From Zygophlyctis sp. KS116 (lineage: Eukaryota > Fungi > Chytridiomycota): a DNA stretch of 8,473 bases. Made by a program: the position numbers and the translations under genes. The stretch spans positions 1 through 8,473 of the forward strand of contig BAAFSQ010000377.1 of assembly GCA_054661495.1 (NCBI GenBank), read 5' to 3'. This document shows positions 7,810 to 8,473 of the stretch, piece by piece (within the stretch, counting starts at the first letter, position 1; every line of letters starts with the position of its first letter). Below the pieces are notes generated by a model that saw nothing but the letters and a program-made list of their open reading frames with translations, was not told where the DNA came from and did no database searches.

Positions 7810-8278
7810 CTATGACAATTTATTCCTCAATCCTTGCGCTAGTTTAGGAAACTCTAAATCAGTATCAGGTAAACAATTCCAAATCATTCCCAATCCGTCT
7901 TGAGGAGTCTTTGGAATTATATGGAAATGAACATGATCAACAGCCTGATCTTTATTGTAAGATTATTAAACTTACTTGCTAATCGGCCATTATTTTGCAG
8001 AATATTGTAATGATCTGCTCCGATCGCTAATGAGACTTTTTTTACTACAGGTAATATATCAGACAAGTATTCATCAGGGATCTGATGAAGGAATTGTCCA
8101 TGATCTAGACTTTTTAAATTATTATTTTACATTTTGGAATTACTAAAGCGTGCCCCAAAGACAAGGGAGAAATATCTAAAAATACTAGACTCAATTCTGT
8201 TTCATAAATTTTATGACAGGGAATGATTCCTTGGACGATTTTGCAGAAAATGCAATTAGAATTCAATGATTTTGACAT
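7810..8278 (-). CDS. HNT1: HIT-family nucleotide hydrolase (Hnt1/HINT-like), 138 aa; exons 8278-8131, 8104-7976, 7949-7810
   Basis: Missing from the ORF track because of introns. Translation: MSKSLNSNCIFCKIVQGIIPCHKIYETELSLVFLDISPLSLGHALVIPKYHGQFLHQIPDEYLSDILPVVKKVSLAIGADHYNILQNNGRLANQAVDHVHFHIIPK...LRNKLS*. CIFCKI, GHALVIPK and histidine triad HVHFH present. Introns 8105-8130 and 7950-7975 (26 nt each). Confidence 0.93.
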
Positions 8279-8349
8279 TTTTAAAGTAGGGCTTAAATTA
8301 CCCTAATTTCACTTTATTGAATGCACTAGAGGAAACTTGCGGCGCTATT

Positions 8350-8445
8350 TTAGAATTTTACTGTAGGAGGCCATTCCTCTCTAGACAACTCTTTGCTTGG
8401 ATCTTTTAAACAAATACTTGATATATACAACATCTTCTCCAGTAC
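8350..8445 (-). CDS. Probable last exon of an unidentified gene entering from the right (VLEKMLYISSICLKDPSKELSREEWPPTVKF*)
   Basis: On the minus strand an intron-like stretch GTAGTAGAAAGAGTCGTTATTAATTTAG (8473-8446) precedes a 96-nt open frame ending TAA at 8352-8350. No family recognised; frame is inferred. Confidence 0.5.
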   Translation of the reverse strand, partial: VLEKMLYISSICLKDPSKELSREEWPPTVKF

Positions 8446-8473
8446 CTAAATTAATAACGACTCTTTCTACTAC

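Noticed and set aside
7940-7980. HNT1 reads LANQAVDHVHFH where yeast Hnt1 has AHQ
   Set aside because: That position varies among HINT proteins and the histidine triad is intact.
446-8278. Pseudogenes, programmed frameshifts or a reassigned stop codon as cause of the broken ORFs
   Set aside because: Every break is resolved by a GTA...AG intron giving intact conserved motifs and exon sums divisible by three; TAA and TAG both serve as real terminators.
1-8473. CRISPR arrays, tRNA/rRNA genes, transposases or prokaryotic defence systems
   Set aside because: None seen; almost the whole window is accounted for by spliced eukaryotic genes with spacers of 4-148 bp.

Overview
Eukaryotic, AT-rich, very gene-dense genomic DNA, most consistent with a flagellated (zoosporic, chytrid-like) fungus: fungal-type Wee1, Cdc11-like septin, ARV1, Rat1/Xrn2 and Hnt1 occur together with the ciliary gene CFAP299. 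The fragmented ORF track is explained by splicing. I could reconstruct six complete in-frame genes using 18 GT-AG introns, 17 of which are only 23-30 nt. Order: 3' end of a possible heme peroxidase (+, <1-297), Wee1/Myt1-family kinase (+, 446-1668), Cdc11-like septin (-, 2646-1673), ARV1 (-, 3485-2794), CFAP299 (+, 3565-4335), XRN2/RAT1 (-, 7788-4393), HIT-family HNT1 (-, 8278-7810), and the last exon of an unidentified gene (-, 8445-8350). The strongest oddities are: (i) one outsized 127-nt, GC-richer, hairpin-forming intron in Wee1 that hides a cryptic splice acceptor; (ii) HNT1 and XRN2 lying in the same frame only 21 nt apart, separated by a single TAG; (iii) Wee1 and septin stop codons converging with a 4-nt gap; (iv) a minimal intron code (all donors GTA, acceptors only TAG/AAG, every 3n intron carrying an in-frame stop). 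All models were derived by eye; none has transcript or database support.
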